This document shows positions 1-11,497 of a stretch of DNA of 64,000 nucleotides, piece by piece. Each line of letters starts with the position of its first letter. Position 1 is the first letter of the stretch. The DNA comes from Protoeuglena noctilucae (lineage: Eukaryota). The notes beneath the pieces are model-generated. The model did not search any database, was not told the origin of the DNA, and saw nothing but the letters and a program-made list of their open reading frames with translations. Location: assembly GCA_958009085.1 (NCBI GenBank), contig OY253669.1:1550001-1614000 (forward strand), in the 5' to 3' direction. The position numbers were made by a program, and so were the translations under genes.

Positions 1-231
1 CGTTCTGGTCGTGTCCGCCGGTGGGGTACGCGAGGGTCAAGGTGGATGCTCAACAGAAGGAGCCTGCCGGGAGCGCTTGAGTTTCCTGCACCGGCAGTCA
101 GACTCGCTGTTGGGGTGTTCCACGCTGGCCATCCGCGCTCCTCCGCACTCTCCCGCACCCGCGGCCATCGCAAGGCCGCAGCGGAGGTCCGAAATGCGCG
201 TCATGGCCAGCTGCGGCTGTGATTGAAGGCG

Positions 232-759
232 ATGGCGGACCGATGGACGGCCAAGCTCGCTGCGACAGCTATCGGCGTGTTCATCGCGGCCGGTGTGTGT
301 GAGATTGGCGGCGGCTACCTCGTCTGGCGAGCCCTGCGTGGGGGCACAAGCAAAGTCGAGCGAAAAGCCGCGCTCATCATTGGCGGCATCCTGGTCCTGG
401 GAGCCTATGGCGTCGTTCAGACACTCCAGCCCCCCGTCTCGGGAGGCTTTGGCAGGTGCGCTGAGCCGCGCGCGAAGGCTCGGCTTGCCCGGCGATGCAG
501 CAGCATCGATCGGCGCGTCTCTGAGCGCTGCCGTCGCTATTGCTCCAGAGTGTACGCCGTCTACGGAGGATTCTTCATCGTGATGAGCTACCTCTGGGCC
601 TGGGCGCTGGAGGGCGAGCGGCCGGACGTGGGCGACGCCGTCGGCGCGGCCATTGCAGTGGGAGGCGTCCTCGTCGCGCTCTTTTGGCCCCGCAAGCACG
701 GCTCGTCTTCATCGCCGCCGTCTACTAGCGCCAGCTCGCATGGCAGCGCGCCAGGCTGA
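232..759 (+). CDS. ynfA: YnfA/UPF0060 family small multi-pass membrane protein (2 exons; intron 456-548)
   Basis: Family-like motifs: AAGVCEIGGGYLVW, then after splicing GFGR|VYAVYGGFFIVMSYLWAWALEGERPD..D.VGA.IA..GV. Removing the 93-nt GT-AG intron restores the GRVYA.YGG motif. Confidence 0.88.
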   Translation: MADRWTAKLAATAIGVFIAAGVCEIGGGYLVWRALRGGTSKVERKAALIIGGILVLGAYGVVQTLQPPVSGGFGRCAEPRAKARLARRCSSIDRRVSERCRRYCSRVYAVYGGFFIVMSYLWAWALEGERPDVGDAVGAAIAVGGVLVALFWPRKHGSSSSPPSTSASSHGSAPG

Positions 760-803
760 TATTCTCGCGCGCCCCTCCAGGAGCTGCCCTCTTTGCGCCT
801 GCC

Positions 804-3800
804 TCAACCGTGGAAGAGCGCGGGGCGCGTTACGGCGTCCACGGCCGCGGCGACGGAGAGCTCGGGTCCCTTCTGAAGCATCTCGACCGTGGCCAAATGG
901 TGGGCCGTCTCTTGGAGTGACTTGGGGTCCAGGAACAGAGAGCCGCAGTGCGCCAGCAGCATCTGCGGAGGCCGGGCCAGCGCTAACAGGGTCGCTGCAG
1001 GTTCGCCGCAACAGATGCGTCGATGTGCAGCGTCTGACAAGGGACCCCGGCGTTAGGTGTGCACTCGAGCGAGGTGGGCCCGCGTGGGGTGTGGCGCGCC
1101 ACATCTCCCCTACGCTCGCCTGCATGTCCTTTTCGATGGGCGGGAACCGGTCTCCCCGGCACCGCTGGACAAACTCCTTGAGGAGCAGCTCGCAGTACTG
1201 CACCCGCTGCACGTGCGGGTTCTCAATGGACGAGCCCCCGCCCCACTCCTCGAGCCACGGCGCGCGGGGGCAGGCGACGCCCACGCCTTGCCGAAGGGAG
1301 AAGCCGATCTGCGTGGGCAAAGCAGGCGTGCGGTGAACGAGTGCACACCCCACTTACCCTGTGACAAGGTGCAGGGGCTGGCAGTGGCTGGAGGGTCGAT
1401 GGCATGTTAGTCTGACGCCTCGCCTTCACATCGTCCCTCTTCACGATGAGGGTGACCTTCCTGCCGGCACGCACGCGGACGATCCTGTCGAGGCTGTTCA
1501 GGCATTGGCCCCAGTGGCTCCCCGCTTGGCCCATCACATCCGGGGCGAGGTTGGGGCCATCCACCTCTGCACCTGCACGGGGGTTGGGGACCCATGAGGT
1601 GTCAGCCATTGCCTCCACTGCCCCTGCTGCACTCACTTCATCGCTGCTTCCTTGCACAGCCCTGTGTGACAGTTGGGTCATCCACAACTGGTGGGACTGC
1701 AGCCCTGCATAGCTCTCACCGCCTTGGGGCACCAGAGCCTTCGACTCGCACTCCTGGACCTCGCTCTCCTCCTCAACTGTGCCCTCGGCAGCCACCTCCT
1801 CGGCCCCATGGGACCCATCCCCCACTGCCACTGCCTCTGCTGGCGCGCCCGCCTTCCCTCCATCACTGGGGCTTTCTTCCGCGATGCTCTCAGCAGTGAC
1901 CTCCTCAACCGGCCCCGCCGGATCCGCCGCGTCGCCATCCTTGCAACCCTCGCCACCGCCCTCGCCCCAGTCCACCTCGTCGTCCAGTCTGACGCGCGTC
2001 ATTGCGTCAGGGTAGTACCCCAGGCCGAGGGGCCCCATCTGGAACACCATGCCGGGCCTGGCGCCCGCGAACGCCGGGCTGGGATCGAAAACCAGTGTCG
2101 CCGCGCCATCTGGACTGTCCTTGCGGGCAACGGTCCCGGCACCACCCGCTGCCACGCCCACCCCATCGCCCGAACCCACGCCCCTCACATCGCCACCCGC
2201 TGTCGCCCCGCCCACGGCCCCCGAGCCCTCCTCAGCCTCATCCACAGCACCAAGTTCCCCTCCGCGACACTCCTCGAGGTCTACCCCAGCGAGTGACAGG
2301 AAGCCCTCGGTGGCTGACGAGACGACCGTCTCCTCGTCCAGATACAAATCAAACCAGGTCACCACGGCGTTCAGGATGCCGTCCGCCACCACGTCGAGCC
2401 TGACGGCGGTCTGGCGACCCTTGCCGGCGCCGCCGTCCTCGAAAGAGATGTCGGCGACACGGCAGGGTCGCGTCAGGGGGCGCCAGTGCCCTGCGTGCGC
2501 CGCCAGGTCCATCGGGTAGCCCTGTGCGCCGAAGCGGTACTTGTCCATCTGCGAGAAGTCGAAACCCGCCACCCGACCCGTCAGCATCTGCGAGGGCGCA
2601 AGACAGGGGGCGTCTCTCACTGGTTGTGACATGGTGAGACGTGAAGGGCTCATGCGCAAGCAGACCGCCGCGGGGCGACGCGCCACCCCCGCGCCGGCTC
2701 GCCTCGATACCCATGCAGTACACCGCGGCCCTCTTGGGAATGACCGTCGCCCCCGGCTGCACGACCTTGCGCCTGGCCGCCTCGAGGATGGGCACGGCCG
2801 AGGCGCCCAGAAGGGAGTGGTCGAAGGAGTCGAGGATGACGAGGTTGACGCCGTGGACCCGCGTATCCTCTCCGCGCTCCAGCAGCCCCGCGTCCTTGTG
2901 GAGGGCCGTCACCTGCGGTGCGCGCGCAGAGTTGTGAGATGCGTGACAACACAGGTACAACTGCAGGTGCGGTCGCGGGCGCGAGCGAGGCTTCCGCACC
3001 TTGGTCAGCACTCCGTTCTGGGCCGCGACGCGCCTGGTCAGGTTGGCGCAGCTCTCGTTGATGTCCACAGCCACGACGGAGTCGGCCCCGTGTCTCGCCG
3101 CGAGGACCGACAGGGCCCCCGAGCCGCACCCGAGGTCCAGGACGTGCGCTTGGTGAGATGTCGACTCGACTGGACCCGTCTCGGGCTTGAGGCGCTTGAT
3201 GGCCCTCTCGATCGCCCGCTCGTACGCTTCCGTCAGGCCCGCGTCCCGCACCCTGCATGCGCCATGCCGAGCCAGGTCAGCTCCGGGGTTGAGCAAGATG
3301 TGGTGCTGTCATCTAGTGGTGCGTCGCTGAGAGGGCTGCTGGGTCGCATGAAACAAAGGGGGCCATCGGGCAGCAGAGATCGTTGGCACGGTCTGGGGAC
3401 AAGCAAGCTATGGCACGGCACCCCACCTCGCGAGCAGGGCCTCGGGGAACGTGTAGATGGCCTTGCATGCCCGGATGAAGTCCGCAGAGTCCAGGTCGAA
3501 CCGCATGCGCACCGTGTTGTGGGAGCAGCGGAGGGGCAGCACCTCGCCCAGGTGCACCCGCGCCTCGCCGGGCAGGTGCTGGAGCGCCGGGCCGAGCCAG
3601 CCGCGGTGCTCGGGGCCCGTGACAACGTGCACATCGCCGTAGAGGTGCATGTCCAGCCAGAAGAGGACGGCGTTGGCGTTGCGGTCAGCGGTGACGGTCA
3701 GGTCGACCTCTCGCGTCTCCGAACTTTGGGGCGGGTCCAGCAGAGAGAAGGTCCAGACCTGCACGGGGTCAGCCAGCGGCCTCCAGGCGTCCCGGCTGAG

Positions 3801-5848
3801 GGGTTTGTGGGACACGTGGGACGGTAGCCACCGGTGGGCGTCCACAGCGTCCATCCGTACGCCCGCCGGCGAAGGCGTCTTGACCTCCACCATCTGCGGG
3901 TTGCGGGCATCGAGATATTCCAGGTCATGAAACACTTCTAAAGGAACATTCCCGCGGGGGCGAGCTGGTCGACGTGTCTACTGCCGGAGCTCGCCTGGGC
4001 GTAGACGGTGACTGATGCGGGTATGCAGACGGGGTCGTCGTCGATAAGAAAGCTGCGGACGTGCCTGGCCGCCGGGACCGCGCCGGACATGAGCAGGCCG
4101 CTCTCCACCATGTCCATGATCAGCACGTTGCAGGGCCCGGGGACGTCGCCACGCAGGGCCAGGTCGGTGGGGCGCTTGTAGACGACCTTGAACCTGCACA
4201 GGTAACAGCTGACATTGAATTGCATCTTTCCTTGCCATGTGCGCACCTCCAGCCACGTCGTGACACGCCTGGACACGGCTGGGCGCTGTCGGGCCCTGAC
4301 GATGTTGGGCTCCTGACGCCCAGTAAGTCCCCCTAAAACAGCTCGGCGGAGTCAGCCCCAAAGCTGTCACCTCTCGTCCGCAATGCCGTTCGCCTTCAGG
4401 ACCTCCTTGCACGAGGTGGCCAGGTACAGCCACCGCTCGGTGCAGGTCACGTGGCGCGCCCCCGCCTCCAGAGCCATCAGGGCGTGCATGCCACCGCCGG
4501 CACCCACGTTGAGCACCCGGCAATCCATGTCGCGGGATTCGATCGCTTGGACGGCCGCGTGGATGGCCTGGCGGTAGCGCGCGTGGGCAGCCACGTCTTC
4601 CAGATAGCCGTCCAGGTACCGCCGAGGCATGTCCACATCGGCCATCACTGTCACGTACATGTAAGCGTCCTTGATGTCCAGCTCGCTCTCGGCCTGGAAG
4701 GGGGTGAGCAGGCGGGTAGGCAGGACGTCGCCGGTGCGGATCTGGTGCAGAGGGGCCGCGTGAGGGTGGTACGTGATGCGCTGCACCGGCGGGGGCGCCT
4801 CCAGCAACATCTGCTCCCGGTCCTCTCCGCTGCATAGAGCGGAACGAAGGTGGGCAAGTCAGGGCTGGGTGCCATGGCAACACCATGCGTCGACACAGGC
4901 TAGGTGGGCAGACGCGGCTTGCAGAGACGCATGGGACTTGGATCACCTAAGGACGTCGGCGAGGGTCTTTTGCGTCGATATCTCGAGCCCCCGGCGGCTG
5001 TCGAGGTGGAAGGGATCGATTTTGAGGGCCTCCGTGAAGGCCGCGCTCGCTTGCCGGTGCATGTCCATGGCGGCAAAGGCGTCGCCCTTCCGACACAGGG
5101 CCTTGACGAGGCTTGCAACCGCCTGCGGATGAGCGACAGAGTCTCTGTTCTTGCCGCTCCGTGGCAACTAGGCGGGCAGGGTACCCCAAGTTGCGATGGG
5201 AAGACCGAGGCAAAGCTCGAGCGCACCTGCTTGTCGACCAGGAGGTTGCCTTCGGCCAGCTGCGCAGCCCGGGTGGCGTGCTTTAGCGCCTCGTCGTGCA
5301 GGCCGAGTCGCATGCTCGCGGCCGCCATGTTGTTGTAGCTCACGTGCAAGGTCGGGTGCGTGAGGTTCATCGCGCCGACCTTGGCGCACAGCTTGCCGTA
5401 CGCCGCCAGGCAACCCACTGCGTGGGCGGGACGGGTTGCGCAATTCAAAATGTGCTTGCGATCTCCGAGCAAGCGAACAGCCTCACACCCCAGAACTGCT
5501 CACCGAGGTCGCCCTTTTTGTACAGCTCGACGGCCTCCGCGTTGAGGGTCGCCAGGGACTTTCTGCAAGCGCAGTGCATTGGGTCACTCCTCATCGTTGG
5601 ATGCGAGGCGCATCGCGCGTCGTCCTCGCTTCCCACGCCCGGCCTCGCCTCATGAAGTCAGGGTCGTCCTCCATCGCCCTGCGCCTCGCATCCTCCAGCG
5701 CGCTCTGCACATCCTCGATGTTATCGCCATCGGAAGGTGACATTGCGTCAGCATCCGTGTCCTTAACGGCTGCGCACTTCCCACTGCACGCACCCTCGCC
5801 GGGGACGCTGTCTGGGCTGCTGACGCCCTCCTGGGTCGTCGACACCAT
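804..5848 (-). CDS. TPR-containing protein arginine methyltransferase with two PRMT modules (PRMT7/PRMT9-like), about 12 exons
   Basis: N-terminal TPR-like helices (SYNNMAAASMRLGLHDEALKHA; KALCRKGDAFAAM..FTEALKIDP). Module 1 has VLNVGAGGGMHALMALEAGA and NAVLFWLDMHL. Module 2 has VLDLGCGSGALSVLAARHGA, NAVVTWFDLYL and SHWGQ. Exons join in frame through GT-AG and GC-AG introns. Confidence 0.85.
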
Positions 5849-6348
5849 CTCACACTTCTTCAATTGATGCAAGACTTGCAAGAGGATGCGGAGGCTCGAC
5901 GTAACAGCGCAGGAGCCTCGAATCCAGAGCTCCCGGTCCCGCAGAAGCGTGAAGGGCGAGGAACGAACTGGGAGCTGTAGGAGGCTCACGGCCACGTGAT
6001 TTGCGGTTCGAGGCACGTACTGTAACGCAGAAAACTAGCATATGGGCGAAGGATGCAGCGCGGTCACCCTCAGCGACGCAGAGGGGTCAGTGACTCTTTG
6101 TCTTCTCTGGCGCCTGCGTCAGTAACACGGGGCCTGCTCCGTCTCTTCGTCACCGGCAGCAAAGTCTACACGCTCTGAATAAATCGGCCACGGCAGCGCT
6201 TCCCGCGCCGGGGGCTGGGTGCGGAGTCCAAAGCCCGTGCCCGACCTTGGCTCCCAATCTCATCCAATCCCGACGTCCGCCATGACCTATTACTGCTAAC
6301 GTTGCCACGCTGGGAACGCAGCCCGCATCGGTTGGTCGAACAGCACGC

Positions 6349-7002
6349 CATGGCTGCGGCATCTTTCTTCCTCGCGTGGACCGCGCTCTTCGGAGGCGCG
6401 ATCCTGGCCTTCGGGGCGCCGGTCATGCCTGTATGGAAGACAGCCGCTGCTGCGGGGATCCTCACGGCGCTCACTTGGCTCCCTACGCTCCTGGCGTTCC
6501 CTGCCAAGGCGGGCCAGGTGGGCACGGCATTCCGGCCCCCTGGCGCGATCGCAGCTGTGCTGCGGCACGTGTGCATTGCCTGCACGGATCTGTCTGTCCA
6601 GCGTGACTCCTGGATGAGGTGCAGGCGCGCGCAGGTACAGGGACGGTGCGCTCGTTGTGGCATCCGCCCGTTGACTGGGAACGGGTGGAGGCCGCGATGT
6701 TATTCTGGCGATGCAAGACGCGAGCGGAGGTCGTGGCCGTCTGGCAGGTCCACTGTACCGTGGCTGGGCTGGTGGCAGGTGGGGCCAGGGTACTGCCCAG
6801 AGACAGCAGCACTGATGCTCGCCATGTGAAAGCATCCAACCGTGCTCAGCATGACATCGCGCGTTGCGCTCTCGCAGGCGCAGCGGCCATGGCCCTGGAC
6901 TGGCAGCAGTGGTGGCAGGCATGGCCGCTTTCGGTGGTCGCCGGCAGCATGGCAGGATTCGCTGCAGGGTCCGTGGCTGGCCTCCTCGCCCCTGCAGCGT
7001 GA
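6349..7002 (+). CDS. PIGF: GPI ethanolamine-phosphate transferase accessory subunit PIG-F/GPI11 (spliced; true start may be upstream)
   Basis: Hydrophobic protein with ILAFGAP and the C-terminal PIG-F signature AAAMALDWQQWWQAWPLS..G...G. Confidence 0.8.
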
Positions 7003-7015
7003 CTGCCGTTTCTTG

Positions 7016-7020
7016 TTACA
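7016..7020 (-). promoter_or_regulatory. Candidate chlorophyte-type UGUAA polyadenylation signal for PAN3
   Basis: TTACA on the + strand (TGTAA on -), about 155 nt downstream of the PAN3 stop. A similar site at 17743 follows KEA1, but I did not find one after most other genes I checked. Confidence 0.3.
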
Positions 7021-7174
7021 GCTATCGGCGATGCTCAGGCCTTGCTAAAGGCTCCCAGCGCGCCTTCCTTTGCCGCCCAGCATCATTCCCACACCGATCC
7101 GTAGCTCACTCCCCTCGAAGAGCACTATGTTCAAAGACACCTGCCGAATTCCTGCTTTCGCCTACCCCGTCGTC

Positions 7175-9973
7175 TTAGGAATAGCCGTGGGAGCTCGCCG
7201 TGTCCATCCGCCGTCGCCCCGCCGCCGCGGCTTGCATCAGGCTGTGGTAGCACCCCTCGACGGCCCTCCTCAGCTGCGCGTAGGACGCCACCACGAGCGT
7301 GCGCTCGTCCCGCGGGATCGTCGTGACGCGCTCCGGCACCCCGGCGTCCAGCTTGCCCAGCGCCTCGATGACGTGGCCCCACTCCATCGCAGGCGCACCC
7401 TGGTCCGACACCTGCCCGAACAAGAAGTCCCTCAGCAGGCCCGCCAGGTACAAGTCCCCGGCCTCGACGCGCATTCCGAGGTCCGAGGGCGGCCGGGAGG
7501 TCACGAAACCCAGCTTGACCAGCAGCCGCGCCATGCGCCCGTTCTCGAGCTCCCGCTGCGGGCGGCGCAGGCGGGGCGAGTCACGCCAGAGGATCGCGAG
7601 CAGCGCACACGCATCTGTGGCGTCTTTTTGCTGCGCGCGCGTCTCGCCTCGAGGTCCGCCAGCACCCGGTCAAGGCCGACGCCCACGGCGCCAAACTCCA
7701 CGCACATCCGCCCGGCCATGGCCGTCACGAGCTGCTCGGCCGAGTTGATCCCGCGCTCCCCGGGGCCCTCCATCAGGTTCACGGCGAGCATGACGAGCTC
7801 CCGAGTGAAGTGCTGGGCCGCGAACTCCACCGACGGGGTCTGCACCGTCCCCGCGCACATGAGGGCGAGGAGCAGGTGTCCGAGGGCCGCGAGGTCTTGC
7901 GAGAAGAGATGCGCCTGCTGCGGGCCCGGCGGCGGGGGCGCCTCGCCCCGTAGCACGTCCAGGACCCCCAGGGACCCGATGCGCACGCGGCCCATGACGG
8001 TCAGCAGGACCTTTGACGGGTCCAGGCACCCTGCGAGGAGGCGCAGGCGCAGGCGGTTACTCGCGGGGAGGGGTAATGCGCGGCAGGGGTCACGGGGAGA
8101 ACAGCGGGCGCATCGCACCGGGACGGACGGGCAGGCCGTGGCTGTGGGCGGCGTGCAGGGCGGCGGCGAGCTGGGTGGCGTAGGACCATATCTGCTGCTC
8201 GCTGGGCGTGTGGCGAACGATGGCGCCCGTGGCGGGGTCGGAGACGGGCCGCATGTGCGCGGCCTCGAGGGAGGTGGCCCCACCGTGGAGGTCGTGGACA
8301 AAGACGAGGGACGGAACCGCGTCACGGTCGGAGGTGATGAGGACGTGGCGGGGGACCACGAGGCCCGGGTGCTGCCCTAGGGGACGCCACCGCTCCGTAA
8401 TCTGGGCCCCGACCTGCGCCATCTCCTGCGACGGCACCACCTGCCGCCCGTTGACCCGGCGCAAAGCGTAGGGCAGGCCGTCCACGCTGGACACGGCCTT
8501 GAGGACGACGGAGTAGATGCCCAGGGACGTGGAGGGACCCTCCTCCGCGGCGCTCAGGTCCTCCAGCGGCCAGAAAGAGTGGAAGCCCTCGACCACCTCC
8601 CCCGCGATGCCCGCCTGAGTCAGCTCGTCCGGCAGCATCTGCGGGGCGGGCGAGCGGCCAGGAGATTTCGGTCTAAAAGCGAAAGGACCCTTGAAGCGAG
8701 GCAGGTCGGCAAACACTAGGCCTGCGCATTTGGCAGTACGACGTGGGGCTGTTACGCGGCATGACCCACGTCACGCACCTGAGCGTGAGCCAAGACGCGT
8801 CTCTGCTGCAGCTCCTGACGGAGGTTCTCATCCACGAACTGGGACGCAAACTGCGCGCGCCCCGCGCCGGCCAGGAAGGGCGAGGGCGAGATCATGTGCC
8901 CACCGCCCCGCCCGCGCCCGCGCCCCCGAGCCCCCAACGCCTCTCCTCTTCCCGGGCCCCTGCCCCCACGGCCCCCGGGACCCGCCGGTGGGTTGCCCGG
9001 AGGGACGGAGGGGGGCGGGACTGCCGCCACTGGCTGCCCCGTGCTAGACCTGCGCAAACGGGCATTATGGGCGGGACGCTGTTCCACTGTGGCACTGCGC
9101 ACCCGGAAACCCTTGCAACTGCAGCACCAGAATCAGCATTGGCTAAGAAGCACCAAAGCACCCGTGTGTCAAGGACACGAGGCATGCGGAGTCACGGGGT
9201 GTGTAAGCACACCCAGCCACTGCGTAGATACTCTCATCTTGGCTCGGTGCTTACCTGGGGATGAAGGCCCCGGTTCCATGGGGGCGCATCGTGGGGATGG
9301 GTGCCGAGGCCGGGCCACTGTCTTCCATCCATGGGGCTGTCGGCTGGGATGCCTGCAAGCAAGCGGCGAGCTGCGCTCATGCCGGCGCGGGCGACTCGCG
9401 AGGTGCGTTCGATCCCATATCGGAAATGTCAGCGTCAGCCATCGATCCTCGCCTGGCCCACCGGGGCGGTCTGCGCTCCCCCGGGGACGAACACCGCTGC
9501 CGACGCCGCCTGTGCGAGGTTGGGGGCCTTGTGCCCGGCCGTGGGCCGGAACTCAACCGCCGCGGCGCTGAAGGTGACGCTTTCCTTGGCACCGGCCGTG
9601 CTCTGCAGCGAAGTGTCGCAACGCAGGGGACGATTGGATTCATTTGCAGAAAGATCGTTCCAGCCTGGCCCTCGCGATGAAGACGATACGGTCTTCCGCT
9701 GATCACCTTGCTGGGCGATGAGGGCGTAAACGTCTTGGCCGCGAGGCTGAGGGAGGTCTTCAGCTTCGCCTCCAAACTCTGCTCCCCTCCCTTGGCCTGG
9801 GCGGCGACGGGCACGAAAGGCTGCGGGATGCGACGACTTACAATCTCAACAACCCGATTATAACGACGGATGGCGCATGGGACCCCAGGGCGCCCACGGG
9901 GGACATCCGCCCAGCAGTGAATCCTCACCGCCGCGTTGACGTTCGGGCCCTGGCTCCCATCTCCTCGCCTCAT
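7175..9973 (-). CDS. PAN3: PAN2-PAN3 deadenylase subunit PAN3 (PAM2 motifs, pseudokinase, C-terminal knob domain)
   Basis: FHSFWPLE, VLKAVSSVDGLPYALRRV, IWSYATQLAAALHAAHSHGL, CLDPSKVLL, QDLAALG, RELENGRMARLLVKLGFV, GDLYLAGLLRDFLFGQV, HVIEALGKLDAG. Confidence 0.93.
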
Positions 9974-10442
9974 TACGACGCAACTGTAATGCGGTCGGCA
10001 ACGGCGTCTAAGGGCCGGAGAGGGCCACTGGCCCCCCGGGCCAACAGCGCTCGCTCTTGTCGCTGGTCAACGGCAGCGGGCAAGCGGATTCGCCAAGATC
10101 CGGGCCTCGTTGGGTGCAGCTGACGTGTGCGATCTCGCGATCTTCAAGCGGGGCGTGCCGGTGCGAGAACCTCGATGCAGCGATGGAACTGGCGTCGCAC
10201 TGGAGCGAGCATTGACAACAGCCGAGGCCGGCGAGGATGCACCTGCTCCAACCCAGCATGTCGCTGTGTCCTCTGTCGACCGCCAACCTGGATCGACGCG
10301 TTCCCGCTCACCCTTAGTTTTGCTACTGGACGCAGGGCGTGCTGACCACGTTGCCTGAGCAGAGACCCGCTCTTGGCCTGAGAGAGAGGCGGGCCGTGGA
10401 AGCAGTGGCCTCGCGGCGGGGGGCTGGGAGGGCGTGAGCGCG

Positions 10443-11219
10443 ATGCACAGCCTCTTTCAGCGCGTCAGCTCGCTGCTGTGAGGATGCTCGCGCGCCGCGC
10501 TCGCGATGCAGCCGATCCGCTGCACGGTGTCGAGAGCCTTCGGTGACCGTCCTCCTCGAGCCCCCCTGCCCTCAGGACGGTGGCCCTTTCGACGCTGATG
10601 GTGATGGCCGCAGTCACGGACATTGTCAGCAGCCTCCACATGGGCCAGCCCCGCGTGCAAGCACTCGTCATGAACACCAAGTTGCGACCAACGCCCTACG
10701 GGACCGAGGACGGGCTCGTGTACAGCTACCTGGACGCTGACTTTTCCAAGGTCGGGTCGTGCGCGTTCCCGTGGCACCCCTAGGGAAGCGCCTGCGCCGC
10801 GAGCGAGTCGTGGAGTCCCCTTGGCTTCGCAGGTGTTCACATGGAACACGAAGCAGGTGTTTTTGTACGTCTTCGTCGAGTACGAGGACGAGGCCCGGGG
10901 CCGGCAGGAGCACGTCGTGTGGAATCACATCATCAAGCGGGAGAACAAGGATCATCACGCCATCACATCAGGTGCGTGGTGGCTTGCTGTCGCGAGCGCG
11001 GCCAACACGGTGGCGCCCCCACGCGATGCTGGGGAACAAGCGGTAGGGGTCATCGTCATCGCAGGCATCGGGTCCTTCTACCCTGTGACTGACCGCCTCG
11101 GGAGCCTGGGGGGCAAGCCTTTCCAGATCGCTGTTGGCTGGGACATCATGCCCTACGTGGGACGGCTCCAGTCCGGTCGGAAGTCCTTCCCGGGCAGCGT
11201 CTTCCCCAGCAGCGTGTGA
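10443..11219 (+). CDS. SPCS3: Signal peptidase complex subunit 3 (SPC22/23)
   Basis: Exon 1 MHSLFQRVSSLL, then LDADFSK|VFTWNTKQVFLYVFVEY..EHVVWNHII and VGWDIMPYVG, all SPC22 signatures. Confidence 0.92.
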
Positions 11220-11497
11220 CGCGTGCGACAGTGAAACGCTGCGGTCTGCCTTCCTCCATGAGATGAGATGAGATGGCCGGCTTGCAACATGGCCCTCGCT
11301 TGGCCCGCCGTGCGGCTCTCCTCAGATTTGTGCTGCACCATGGCTGGGGCCCTGACAGTTATGTCGCCAGGACTAGTAGTCTTTCCTCCCCTCCAACTCC
11401 TTCCGCATGCTGTTCGCACGTCAGATGCGTGCTTGAAATCTCATTTAGCGAGGGGGAGGTGCGACTGGGGCCAGGCCCCTCAATTGCTCAAGCAGAA

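Noticed and set aside
1..230. Short ORFs upstream of ynfA on both strands
   Set aside because: No recognisable motif, so a gene cannot be supported.
9440..9465. Additional GC donor in PAN3 at 9452
   Set aside because: An in-phase GT donor lies 9 nt upstream, so the site is ambiguous and was left out of the count.
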